This document shows positions 18,186 through 26,526 of a stretch of DNA of 64,000 nucleotides, piece after piece. The notes below the pieces were generated by a model. The model ran no database searches. It saw nothing but the letters and a program-made list of their open reading frames with translations, and was not told where the DNA came from. Made by a program: the position numbers and the translations under genes. Source of the DNA: an uncultured bacterium (GTDB taxonomy: Bacteria > Planctomycetota > UBA1135 > GCA-002686595); contig CALSNU010000004.1 in assembly GCA_943787795.1 (NCBI GenBank), positions 416,001 through 480,000 on the forward strand, in the 5' to 3' direction. Numbering within the stretch: position 1 is the stretch's first letter; every line of letters starts with the position of its first letter.

Positions 18186-19022
18186 TCAGCCCCGCGACGG
18201 CGACCCCGGACGGTTCTTGACGAAGTCCTTGGGGCGCTTCTCAACGAAGGCGTCGTACGACTCGCGGTAGTCGGGGTGCTTCATGCACTCCGCCTGGATC
18301 CACCCCTCCGCCTGCATGGCCTCGCCGAGGTCCATGTGGGCCTCCGCGTTGAGCATGCGCTTGGTCACGGCGAGGCCCATGCCGGGCCCGGCAGCGAGCT
18401 TCTCTGCCATGGCGCGCGCCTTCTCCTCCAGCTCTTCACCCGGCACGACGTGGTTGTAGAGCCCGATGCGCTCGGCCCGCTCCGCAGAGATGAACTCGCC
18501 CGCCATGAGCAGTTCGCTCGCGTGGCCGAGCCCCACGATGCGAGGCAGGAGCCAGGCGGCGCCCATGTCTGCACCCGAGAGGCCGACCTGGGTGAACAGG
18601 AAGGCGATCTTCGCCGAGTCCGAGGCGACTCGGATGTCCGCCGCCGCCGCCATGACCGCCCCGGCTCCGCAGGTCGTGCCGTTGAGAGCGGCCACGATCG
18701 GCTTCTCGAGCCGCCGCATGCTCTCGATCAGGTCGCAGGTCATGCGCGTGAAGGCGACCAGCGCCGAGTCAGGGACCCCGAAGAGCTTCCCGATGATGTC
18801 GAGCACATCCCCCCCCGAACAGAAGGCCCGCCCCGTACCCGTGAGCAGCACGCTCCGGACCGAGTCCCGCTCGCCCAGCGCACGGAACGTGTCGCGGAGC
18901 TCCGCGTAAGAGTCAAAAGTGAGGGCGTTGAGCCGCTCGGGGCGGTTCAGCCGGATGGTGGCGACGCCGTCGCGCTCCTCGTAGTCGAAGTGCTCAGGCT
19001 GGATCGTCTCGGGGGTGATCAT
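18186..19022 (-). CDS. Enoyl-CoA hydratase/isomerase family protein
   Basis: Start ATG 19022 (MITPETIQ). LNRPERLNAL, FCSGGD, KPIVAALNG, VGLSGADMGA, FVEKR. Confidence 0.92.
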   Translation of the reverse strand: MITPETIQPEHFDYEERDGVATIRLNRPERLNALTFDSYAELRDTFRALGERDSVRSVLLTGTGRAFCSGGDVLDIIGKLFGVPDSALVAFTRMTCDLIESMRRLEKPIVAALNGTTCGAGAVMAAAADIRVASDSAKIAFLFTQVGLSGADMGAAWLLPRIVGLGHASELLMAGEFISAERAERIGLYNHVVPGEELEEKARAMAEKLAAGPGMGLAVTKRMLNAEAHMDLGEAMQAEGWIQAECMKHPDYRESYDAFVEKRPKDFVKNRPGSPSRG

Positions 19023-19028
19023 GGGGAG

Positions 19029-19034
19029 ACCATA
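19029..19034 (-). promoter_or_regulatory. -10-like hexamer TATGGT 6 nt before the enoyl-CoA hydratase ATG
   Basis: Minus strand reads TATGGT-ctcccc-ATG. Confidence 0.55.
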
Positions 19035-19207
19035 GCGCAGCGCCCCACCCATGCGGGCCGCCGGTGATCGGGAGTCCCCTGCGTCGCTTCGCGAGCCGTG
19101 CAACTGAGGGGCGCTGGACGCGTCTTGACGGGGATCGAACCGGACAGGCGCGACGGGGCGAAGGACGCCCCATATGATGGAGTCCGATTCTTTCCACCCA
19201 GACGCCC

Positions 19208-21277
19208 ATGCATCGCCCCCTCGGCCTCCAGGCCTCCCTCCCCGTCCGCGCCGCAGGCGCCCTCCTCGTCTTCCTGCTCGTTGGTGCCCTCACCGAGCCA
19301 GTGCGCGCCCAGGAGGCCGCCACGGAGCAAGCGGAACCCGCCGCCCGAACCCTCGTGGTGGAGCCCGCAGAGCTGGTGCTGGAGATCGGTGAAGCCGCCG
19401 AACTCACCGCCACGATCCTCGACGCCGCAGGCGAGGCCGTGGACGCGCCCGTGATGTTCTTCTCCCGTAGCCGCCGCAGCCTGTCGGTGGACCGGGAGGG
19501 CAAGGTCGCAGCGATCAAGCCAGGCACCTTCGAGATCGTGGTCCGTGAGCGCCGGCGTCGGTCCGGTGAGAACCAGGCCAGCCGCGTCGGCCTCGGGGAG
19601 CGCCTGTCGGTGACCGTTCCGGTGACCGTCAAGCTGCCGGACCTCGCCTCCGTCGAGCTGGTCGCCGGCCCCAACGCGGCGGTCTGGACCGGCACGACGA
19701 TCCAGCTCGCGGCGAAGGGCACCGACGTCAACGGCGCGGACCGTGCGGTGTCCCCCACCTGGTCCACCAGCCCGGCCGCCGTGGCCACGGTCGATGGCCT
19801 CGGAGAGGTGACGGTTCACAGCCCCGGCGCCTTCAAGGTCACCGCCGAGGCCGAGGGCACGTCGGCGACCATGACCCTGACCGCCGCCGCGAACCCCATC
19901 ACGCGCCTCGTCGTCGAGGCCGACAACGCCGCGCCGAAGACCGGCGACGTGGTCCACCTGCGCGTCGACGCCTTCGACGCGGCGGGCGAGATCATCACGG
20001 ACGTACCCGTGGAGATGACCTTCCGGGCCCGCACCGACGACGACCTCGGGCCGGGGGCCAGCGGCCAGATCGAGGCCGTGGAGGGCACCGCCCGCGCCTG
20101 GCGCTTCGTGGCGGAGCAGCCGGGGCGCTACACCTTCGTCGCCTCCTCGGGGAACGCCGCGGGCCGGCTCGGCGCGGTCGCGACCGCCCGCGACGTGGCG
20201 GGTAAGTTCACCCTGGTGGGCCACGGCCGGGTGGACGACACCCACACCTCCGACCTGTGGGTTTGGGAAGGGCTCGACGGCCGCGACTACGCGGTCACGG
20301 GGACCTGGGGCGCCAACGGCGACGCCCACTTCTGGGACGTCACCGACCCCGCGAACATCGAGCGGATCTCGACCGTCACCATCGACGCGCGCACCGTCAA
20401 CGACGTCAAGGTCTCCGCGGACGGGCGCATCTGCGTGCTCTCCCGCGAGGGGGCCTCGGACCGCAAGAACGGCATCGTCCTCGTGGACGTGATGGACCCG
20501 CGCAACCCGAAGATCCTCTCGGGCTTCGACGACTCGCTGACCGGCGGCGTCCACAACGTCTTCATCGACGGCGACAAGGTCTACGCCCTGTCCGCGAGCG
20601 CGCGGTACGACTCCATCGACATCTCGGACCCCGGCTCGCCCCAGCGGGTCGGCACCTACAAGGTGGAGCGGCCGAACCCCTCGATCCACGACGTGTGGGT
20701 CGAGGACGGCCTCGCCTACTCCTCCAACTGGTCCGACGGCGTGCACATCGTCGACGTCGGCAACGGCATGGCCGGCGGCAGCCCGGACAACCCCGTCAAG
20801 ATCTCGAGCTACGCCTACCCGAGCGGGTGGAACCACGCGGCCTTCCCCTTCCGGCAGCAGGAGACGGGCAAGTTCTACGTGGCCGCCGGCGACGAGGCCT
20901 TCCCCTACGGCCTCAACACCGAGGGCAAGCCGACCTATCCCCGCGGGTGGATCCACTTCATCGACTTCTCGGACCTCGAGAGCCCGCGGGAGTGCGCCCG
21001 CTACCAGGTCCCCGAGGCGGGCACCCACAACCTCTGGATCGAGGACGACGTGATGTACGTCGCCTACTACAACGCCGGCCTGCGCGCCGTCGACGTGTCC
21101 GGTGAGCTGATGGGCGACGTGTACCAGCAGGGCCGCGAGATCGCGTGGTTCCTGCCGGACGACCCGGAGGGGCACATCGCCAACGCGCCCATGGCCTGGG
21201 GCCCCCAGCCCCACAAGGGACACATCTTCTTCTCCGACTGGAACTCCGGCCTGTGGGCCGTGAAGCTCGAGCGATGA
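19208..21277 (+). CDS. Exported protein with Ig-like (Big_2-type) domains and a C-terminal LVIVD-repeat beta-propeller
   Basis: Signal peptide ending VRA-Q; WSTSPAAVATVDGLGEVT; repeats FWDVTDP, LVDVMDP, IDISDP, IVDVGN, FIDFSD, AVDVS. Confidence 0.82.
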   Translation: MHRPLGLQASLPVRAAGALLVFLLVGALTEPVRAQEAATEQAEPAARTLVVEPAELVLEIGEAAELTATILDAAGEAVDAPVMFFSRSRRSLSVDREGKVAAIKPGTFEIVVRERRRRSGENQASRVGLGERLSVTVPVTVKLPDLASVELVAGPNAAVWTGTTIQLAAKGTDVNGADRAVSPTWSTSPAAVATVDGLGEVTVHSPGAFKVTAEAEGTSATMTLTAAANPITRLVVEADNAAPKTGDVVHLRVDAFDAAGEIITDVPVEMTFRARTDDDLGPGASGQIEAVEGTARAWRFVAEQPGRYTFVASSGNAAGRLGAVATARDVAGKFTLVGHGRVDDTHTSDLWVWEGLDGRDYAVTGTWGANGDAHFWDVTDPANIERISTVTIDARTVNDVKVSADGRICVLSREGASDRKNGIVLVDVMDPRNPKILSGFDDSLTGGVHNVFIDGDKVYALSASARYDSIDISDPGSPQRVGTYKVERPNPSIHDVWVEDGLAYSSNWSDGVHIVDVGNGMAGGSPDNPVKISSYAYPSGWNHAAFPFRQQETGKFYVAAGDEAFPYGLNTEGKPTYPRGWIHFIDFSDLESPRECARYQVPEAGTHNLWIEDDVMYVAYYNAGLRAVDVSGELMGDVYQQGREIAWFLPDDPEGHIANAPMAWGPQPHKGHIFFSDWNSGLWAVKLER

Positions 21278-22410
21278 TCGCCACCCTGCTCCTCCTCGGC
21301 GCCGGGTCCCTCTGGGGCGCCGGGACGATCCCGGCGCCCGCCAGCGAGGCCCGCCTGCTGGTGGCCGCCGAGTCCGCGGACCGGGTCTACGACCTGGCCT
21401 TCGACGGCAGGGACCTCTCCGTGCGCGAGGTCATCGATGTGGGCTACCAGGCCACCGAGATCGAGGGGCCCCACGGGCTGACCGTGTCCCCCGACGGACG
21501 GCACTGGTTCGTGTCCATCGCCCACGGCAAGCCCAACGGCATCCTCTACAAGTACGACGCCGGGACCCACGACCTTCTAGGCGAGGCGGAGCTGGGGCTC
21601 TTCCCGGCGACGATGCAGATCTCCCCCGACACGGGGCTGCTCTACTGCGTCAACTTCGACCTCCACGGGGACATGACCCCGAGCACGGTCTCCGTCGTCG
21701 ACGTGGACGGCATGGTCGAGATCGAGCAGGTGGTCACCGGGTCCATGCCCCACGGCTCGCGCCTCTCCCCCGACGGCAGCCGCCACTTCTCGTGCGCCAT
21801 GATGAGCGACGAGCTCATCGAGCTCGACGCGGTCACCCTCGAGGTGGTCCGCCGGCTCGAGCTGACCGACGGCACCGGTCGCCGCGCCGGCGGCGGCCAC
21901 GGCGGCGACGCGGAGGCGGGCGCCGACGGCGCACCGCAGCACGCGGCCGTGGCCAAGCCCACCTGGGTCCAGCCCCACCCGACGAAGCCGGTGGCCTACG
22001 TGGCCCTCAACGGCGTCCACCAGGTGCTCGAGGTCGACCTCGAGAAGTGGAAGATCACGCGCCGCTTCCCGACGGGCCGCGCACCGTACAACCTCGAGGT
22101 GACCCCGGACGGAACCCGGCTGGTGGTCACCTACAAGGGCGCCCAGGCCGTGGGCGTCATCGACCTCAAGAGCGGCAAGGAGCTGGCGCGGATCCCGACC
22201 AGCCGACCGATCCCCCACGGGGTCGTGGTCACCGCCGACAGCCGCTTCGCCTTCGTCACCTGCGAGGACCGCGGCGCGGCTCCGGGCGCGGTGGACGCCA
22301 TCGACCTGGAGACCCTGCGCCGGGTGAGCTCGGTGGACGTCGGCCTGCAGGCCGGCGGCATCGCCCTGTTCCCCGCGATCGAACGACCCGACGCCCCTTC
22401 CCGACGCTGA
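21274..22410 (+). CDS. YncE/YVTN-type beta-propeller, exported
   Basis: ATGA overlap at 21274. GPHGLTVSPDG, MPHGSRLSPDG, PYNLEVTPDG, PHGVVVTADS. Confidence 0.85.
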   Translation: MIATLLLLGAGSLWGAGTIPAPASEARLLVAAESADRVYDLAFDGRDLSVREVIDVGYQATEIEGPHGLTVSPDGRHWFVSIAHGKPNGILYKYDAGTHDLLGEAELGLFPATMQISPDTGLLYCVNFDLHGDMTPSTVSVVDVDGMVEIEQVVTGSMPHGSRLSPDGSRHFSCAMMSDELIELDAVTLEVVRRLELTDGTGRRAGGGHGGDAEAGADGAPQHAAVAKPTWVQPHPTKPVAYVALNGVHQVLEVDLEKWKITRRFPTGRAPYNLEVTPDGTRLVVTYKGAQAVGVIDLKSGKELARIPTSRPIPHGVVVTADSRFAFVTCEDRGAAPGAVDAIDLETLRRVSSVDVGLQAGGIALFPAIERPDAPSRR

Positions 22411-22413
22411 CCT

Positions 22414-25119
22414 ATGCTCCACGCCCTCGCCCTCCTGGCCCTCGCCTGTCCCCAGGACGCGCCCGACGCCGTCGACGCCCACTCCGAGCACGGGGCCGCC
22501 TTCGACATCGGCCCGCGTCAGGCCGCGACCCTGATGGAGCACCCCGACCGGATCGACTTCCCGGTCACCCTCGCCCCCGGCAAGGAGCACCTCCAGGCAT
22601 TCATGCTCCAGGGGATCGGCCAGCTGCACGGCTTCTGGTTCTTGGAGGCCGAGCGCACCTTCCGGCAGATCCTCAGCGAGGACCCCGACTGCGCCATGGC
22701 CAGCTGGGGGCTCGCGCTCGCGAACGTGGATCACCCCGACCGAGCCGCCTGGTTCGCCCGCGCAGCGTGGCTCAAGCGCGGGCTCGTGACCGACCGCGAG
22801 CAGCGCTACATCGACATGATCGCGCGCTACTACCGGGTGGAGGGGCCGGATGAGCCGGAGGACCTCCAGGAGCCCAAGAACCCGGCGCCGGGTGAGGGAG
22901 GGACTGGTGAGGGAGGGACTGGCGAGGGAGAGACTGGCGAGGAGCAGAGCGGAGAGCGCGAGCTTCCCAAGCGCAAGGAGCCCGCCAAGCGCGAGGCGGA
23001 GCGGCTGGTCAAGGACTACGAGGACCTGATCTGGGACTACCCCGATGACATCGAGGCCAAGGCGCTGCTCGCCAACCGGATCTGGCTCAACCGCCGCAAG
23101 GGCATCCAGACCACGAGCCGCATGTCCGTCGAGGCCCTGCTGCAGCAGGTGCTCGCCGTGGAGCCCCTCCACCCCGCCCATCACTACCGGATCCACCTGT
23201 GGGACTCGAAGGACAGCGCCGAGCGCGTGGTCGACACGGCGGTCCGCTGCGGCTTCTCCTGGCCGGGGATCGCCCACAACTGGCACATGGGCGGGCACAT
23301 CTTCGCCCAGCTCGGCCGCCACTACGACGCCGCCTGGCAGCAGGAGGCCTCGGCCCGCGTGGACCACGCCCACATGCAGCGCGCGTGGCTGCTCCCCGAC
23401 GAGATCCACAACTTCGCCCACAACAACGAGTGGCTGACCCGCAGCCTCCGCCACCAGGGTCGGGTCACCGAGTCGGTGGAGCTCGCGAAGAACATGATCG
23501 AGCTGCCCCGCCACCCGGACCTCAATAGCCTGGAGAAGCGGCGCTGCAGCGCGATCTACGGCCGCCAGCGCCTGCTGGAGACCCTGACCGCCTTCGAGCA
23601 GTGGACGACGCTCCGCGAGCTCGGTGAGACCATGTACCTGGAGCCGCACCTGCTCGACCCCGAGGGCGCGCTGCGGGCCTACTCCATGGGCCGCGCCGCG
23701 GCGCACCTGGGCGACGTCGACGCCGTGGGCCTCTCTATCGAGCAGCTCGAGAGCATGCTCGTGAGCCTCAAGGCCGAGCGCTCCGAGGCCGTGGACGAGG
23801 CCGAGGAGGAGGCGCTGGCCGCCGACAAGAAGCGCGACGAGGTCCGCGCGGCCATGGCCAAGGCCATGGAGTCCTTCGAGCGCGAGGCCTCCACCATCCG
23901 CAAGCAGATCGACGCCCTGGAGGCCCTCGCGGACTACGCCCGCGGCGAGGACCCCATCGCGGCCCTGAAGGCGCTCAAGGACGCGAGCTACGACAAGGTC
24001 CACCTCGCCCGCATGATGGCGGAGTCCGGGGACAAGAAGCTCGTGAAGGAGGCCCTCAAGATGGCCCGCGGCCTCGCTAAGGAGGGCGACGGCCGCCTCC
24101 TCGAGCTCGCCACCAAGGCCCACGTCCTGTGGATCTCCGGCGAGCAGGAGGAGGCCCTCGAGGTCTTCGAGGACCTCCGGACGGGCGCCGCCCTGGCCGA
24201 GGTCGAGCTCCCCCCCTTCCAGCGCCTCGCGCCCCTCGCCGAGGCCCTGGCGCTCCCCGCCGACTGGCGCCCCGAGTTCCGCGAGGCGAACGACGTGGCC
24301 CTGCGCATGGACCTCGACCTCGAGGACCTCGGACCCCGCCACTGGTCGCCCCCCGTCGCCACGGACTGGACGCTCCCCGACGCCTACGGCGACGAGGTCT
24401 CCCTGTCCGACTTCGCCGGACGCCCGGTGCTGGTGGTGAACTTCCTCGGCTTCGGCTGCGTGCACTGCGTGGAGCAGCTCCAGGTCCTGGCCCCCATGGC
24501 GGAGCAGTTCGCCGAGGCGGGGATCGAGATCGTCGCCATCGGGCTGGAGGGCCCCGAGGCGGTCGCCAAGTCCCTGGGCAGCGACTCAGCGGACACGGGC
24601 TTCCCCTTCCGTGTCCTCTGCGACCCGAGCCGGACCCAGTTCAAGGCCTGGCGGGCGTACGACGACTTCGAGGACATCGCCCTGCACGGCACGTACCTCG
24701 TGGACGGCCAGGGGCGGATCCGGTGGATCGACATCAGCCACCTGCCCTTCATGGACGCGGAGTTCCTGCTGGACGAGTCCAGGCGACTCCTCGGACTCCC
24801 GGTGCGCGGCCAGGACGGGAAGCCGGCCTGGAAGCTCCAGCTCGAGGTCTCCACCCCCGCGGCCGAGCCGGTCGCCGCGACCCCAGAGGTGGTCCAGGTC
24901 GACGGCATCGCGGTCGCGGTCCAGCTCGACACCGCGCCCCACTGCCAGAACTGCGTCGCCGACCTGCGACAGATCTGCGGGACGCTGGACGGCTTCCGGG
25001 ACCTCGCCGCCAAGCCGAACGAGGCGGTCATCATGGTCGTCTTCGAGGTCGACGAGGTCGACCAGAAGGCGCTCCTCGCGGCCCTCGAGGCCGGCGGGCG
25101 CCCCGGCAAGCTCCCCTGA
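22414..25119 (+). CDS. Exported helical-repeat (TPR-like) protein + AhpC/TSA redoxin domain + C-terminal HMA-like domain
   Basis: QGIGQLHGFW...EAERTF...DPDCAMASWG, HPAHHYRIHLWD; DWTLPD...GFGCVHCVEQL...HGTYLVDGQGRIRW; terminal PHCQNC...LLAALEAGG. Confidence 0.8.
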   Translation: MLHALALLALACPQDAPDAVDAHSEHGAAFDIGPRQAATLMEHPDRIDFPVTLAPGKEHLQAFMLQGIGQLHGFWFLEAERTFRQILSEDPDCAMASWGLALANVDHPDRAAWFARAAWLKRGLVTDREQRYIDMIARYYRVEGPDEPEDLQEPKNPAPGEGGTGEGGTGEGETGEEQSGERELPKRKEPAKREAERLVKDYEDLIWDYPDDIEAKALLANRIWLNRRKGIQTTSRMSVEALLQQVLAVEPLHPAHHYRIHLWDSKDSAERVVDTAVRCGFSWPGIAHNWHMGGHIFAQLGRHYDAAWQQEASARVDHAHMQRAWLLPDEIHNFAHNNEWLTRSLRHQGRVTESVELAKNMIELPRHPDLNSLEKRRCSAIYGRQRLLETLTAFEQWTTLRELGETMYLEPHLLDPEGALRAYSMGRAAAHLGDVDAVGLSIEQLESMLVSLKAERSEAVDEAEEEALAADKKRDEVRAAMAKAMESFEREASTIRKQIDALEALADYARGEDPIAALKALKDASYDKVHLARMMAESGDKKLVKEALKMARGLAKEGDGRLLELATKAHVLWISGEQEEALEVFEDLRTGAALAEVELPPFQRLAPLAEALALPADWRPEFREANDVALRMDLDLEDLGPRHWSPPVATDWTLPDAYGDEVSLSDFAGRPVLVVNFLGFGCVHCVEQLQVLAPMAEQFAEAGIEIVAIGLEGPEAVAKSLGSDSADTGFPFRVLCDPSRTQFKAWRAYDDFEDIALHGTYLVDGQGRIRWIDISHLPFMDAEFLLDESRRLLGLPVRGQDGKPAWKLQLEVSTPAAEPVAATPEVVQVDGIAVAVQLDTAPHCQNCVADLRQICGTLDGFRDLAAKPNEAVIMVVFEVDEVDQKALLAALEAGGRPGKLP

Positions 25120-25177
25120 ACGGCTCGGGACCCCCTGGGGCAACCGGAAGGCGGGCGTCCGGCCGGCGGGCGCCCGG

Positions 25178-25654
25178 TCAGCCGATCACGGCCGTCGCTT
25201 CGATCTCCACCATGGCCCCCTCCTCGAGGAGGTCCCGGACCTCCACGAGGGTCATGGCGGGGTAATGGCTCCCGATGCGGTCCTTCCAGGCCACGCCGAT
25301 GGCCTTGGTCGCGCCGAGGTAGGCCTTCTTGTCCGTGACGAAGACCGTCATGCGGACGATCTCCTCCGGCTGCCCCCCCGCCTCACGGACCACCGTCAGG
25401 ACGTTGTCGAGGGCCTGGACGAACTGCCGGGAGAAGTTGTCCTTCCCCACCAGCTGCTGCTCCGCGTCCCAAGCGATCTGCCCGGCGAGGTAGAGCGTGC
25501 GGCCGCCGTCCTCCACGAGGACGCCGTTGGCGTAGCCCCGCGCGGCCTTCCAGCCCTTGGGCTGGACCGACCAGCGGCGCAGGCGGTCCCGGCTCGAGTC
25601 CCCGCGGGCCACGTTCCCCGTGGGCCGCATCCGTCGAAAGAGTCTCTTCAGCAT
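25178..25654 (-). CDS. RidA/YjgF family enamine-imine deaminase
   Basis: PKGWKAARGYANG, LYLAGQI, HYPAMTLVEV, VEIEATAV; start ATG 25654 or a little downstream. Confidence 0.9.
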   Translation of the reverse strand: MLKRLFRRMRPTGNVARGDSSRDRLRRWSVQPKGWKAARGYANGVLVEDGGRTLYLAGQIAWDAEQQLVGKDNFSRQFVQALDNVLTVVREAGGQPEEIVRMTVFVTDKKAYLGATKAIGVAWKDRIGSHYPAMTLVEVRDLLEEGAMVEIEATAVIG

Positions 25655-25659
25655 GACGT

Positions 25660-26475
25660 TCAGCGCGCCCCGATCGGCACGCCCTCCTCGATGACGGCGG
25701 TCGATCCGCCGATGAGTTCGTGGACCACGCCCGAACGATCCGAGCGCAGAAGGTCCATGGCGGCCGCCGCCACCTCGTCCACGGTGACCAGGGCGCCGCC
25801 GGGGTTCTGGCCGGCGAGGAACGCCCGCAGGTCCTCCTCGCTGCGGCCCGTCTTCTCGCGCATGGTCTCGATGCTGCGGTCCGTCATCGGCGTGTCCACG
25901 TAGTGCGGGCAGAGGGCCGAGACCCCGATCCCCTTGGGCGCACACTCGAGCGCGACGGACCGCGTCCACCCCATGAGGGCGTGCTTGGACGCGACGTAGG
26001 CGGAGACGTACGGGTAGCCCTGCAGCGACGCGGAGGAGGCGACCTGGACGACCCGTCCCCGTCCCCGCTCGAGCATCCCCGGGGCCAGGGCGCCGAAGAG
26101 CCGCATGGGCCCGAAGAAGTTGACCTCCATCAGGCGCCGCGCGAGGTCAAGGTTGTCCGTCGCGGTGGACGCCATGGTCTCCGCCACGCCGGCGTTGTTC
26201 ACCAGCCACTCGATGGGCCCGAAGCCCTCCAGCGCTGCGGGGAGAGCGGCGCAGCTGTCCTCCTGGGTGACATCGAGGGCCAGGCCAACGCACGCGGTCC
26301 CGGTCTCCTCCTGGAGCGCTCTCGCGGCCTCTGCCGCTCGTTCGATGTCGCGACCAGTCAGCGCCACGGGGGTGCCCGCGCCCAGGATCGCCCGGGCGAT
26401 GGCCGCCCCGATCCCGCTCGTGCCGCCCGTCACGAGCGCGGCGGAGCCGTCGAGGATGGGGAGTTCCGAAGACAT
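25660..26475 (-). CDS. SDR family oxidoreductase
   Basis: Start ATG 26475. TGGTSGIG, NNAG, YVASK, CPHYVDTPM. Confidence 0.92.
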   Translation of the reverse strand: MSSELPILDGSAALVTGGTSGIGAAIARAILGAGTPVALTGRDIERAAEAARALQEETGTACVGLALDVTQEDSCAALPAALEGFGPIEWLVNNAGVAETMASTATDNLDLARRLMEVNFFGPMRLFGALAPGMLERGRGRVVQVASSASLQGYPYVSAYVASKHALMGWTRSVALECAPKGIGVSALCPHYVDTPMTDRSIETMREKTGRSEEDLRAFLAGQNPGGALVTVDEVAAAAMDLLRSDRSGVVHELIGGSTAVIEEGVPIGAR

Positions 26476-26481
26476 GGGACG

Positions 26482-26519
26482 AGGGTAACGCGGACGCGCC
26501 CCCGGCGACCTGCTACCTT
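26482..26519. promoter_or_regulatory. Back-to-back -10-like hexamers in a 51-bp divergent gap
   Basis: Minus strand TACCCT (26482-26487), 6 nt, SDR ATG; plus strand TACCTT (26514-26519), 7 nt, OYE GTG. Confidence 0.55.
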
Positions 26520-26526
26520 CCGAAGC

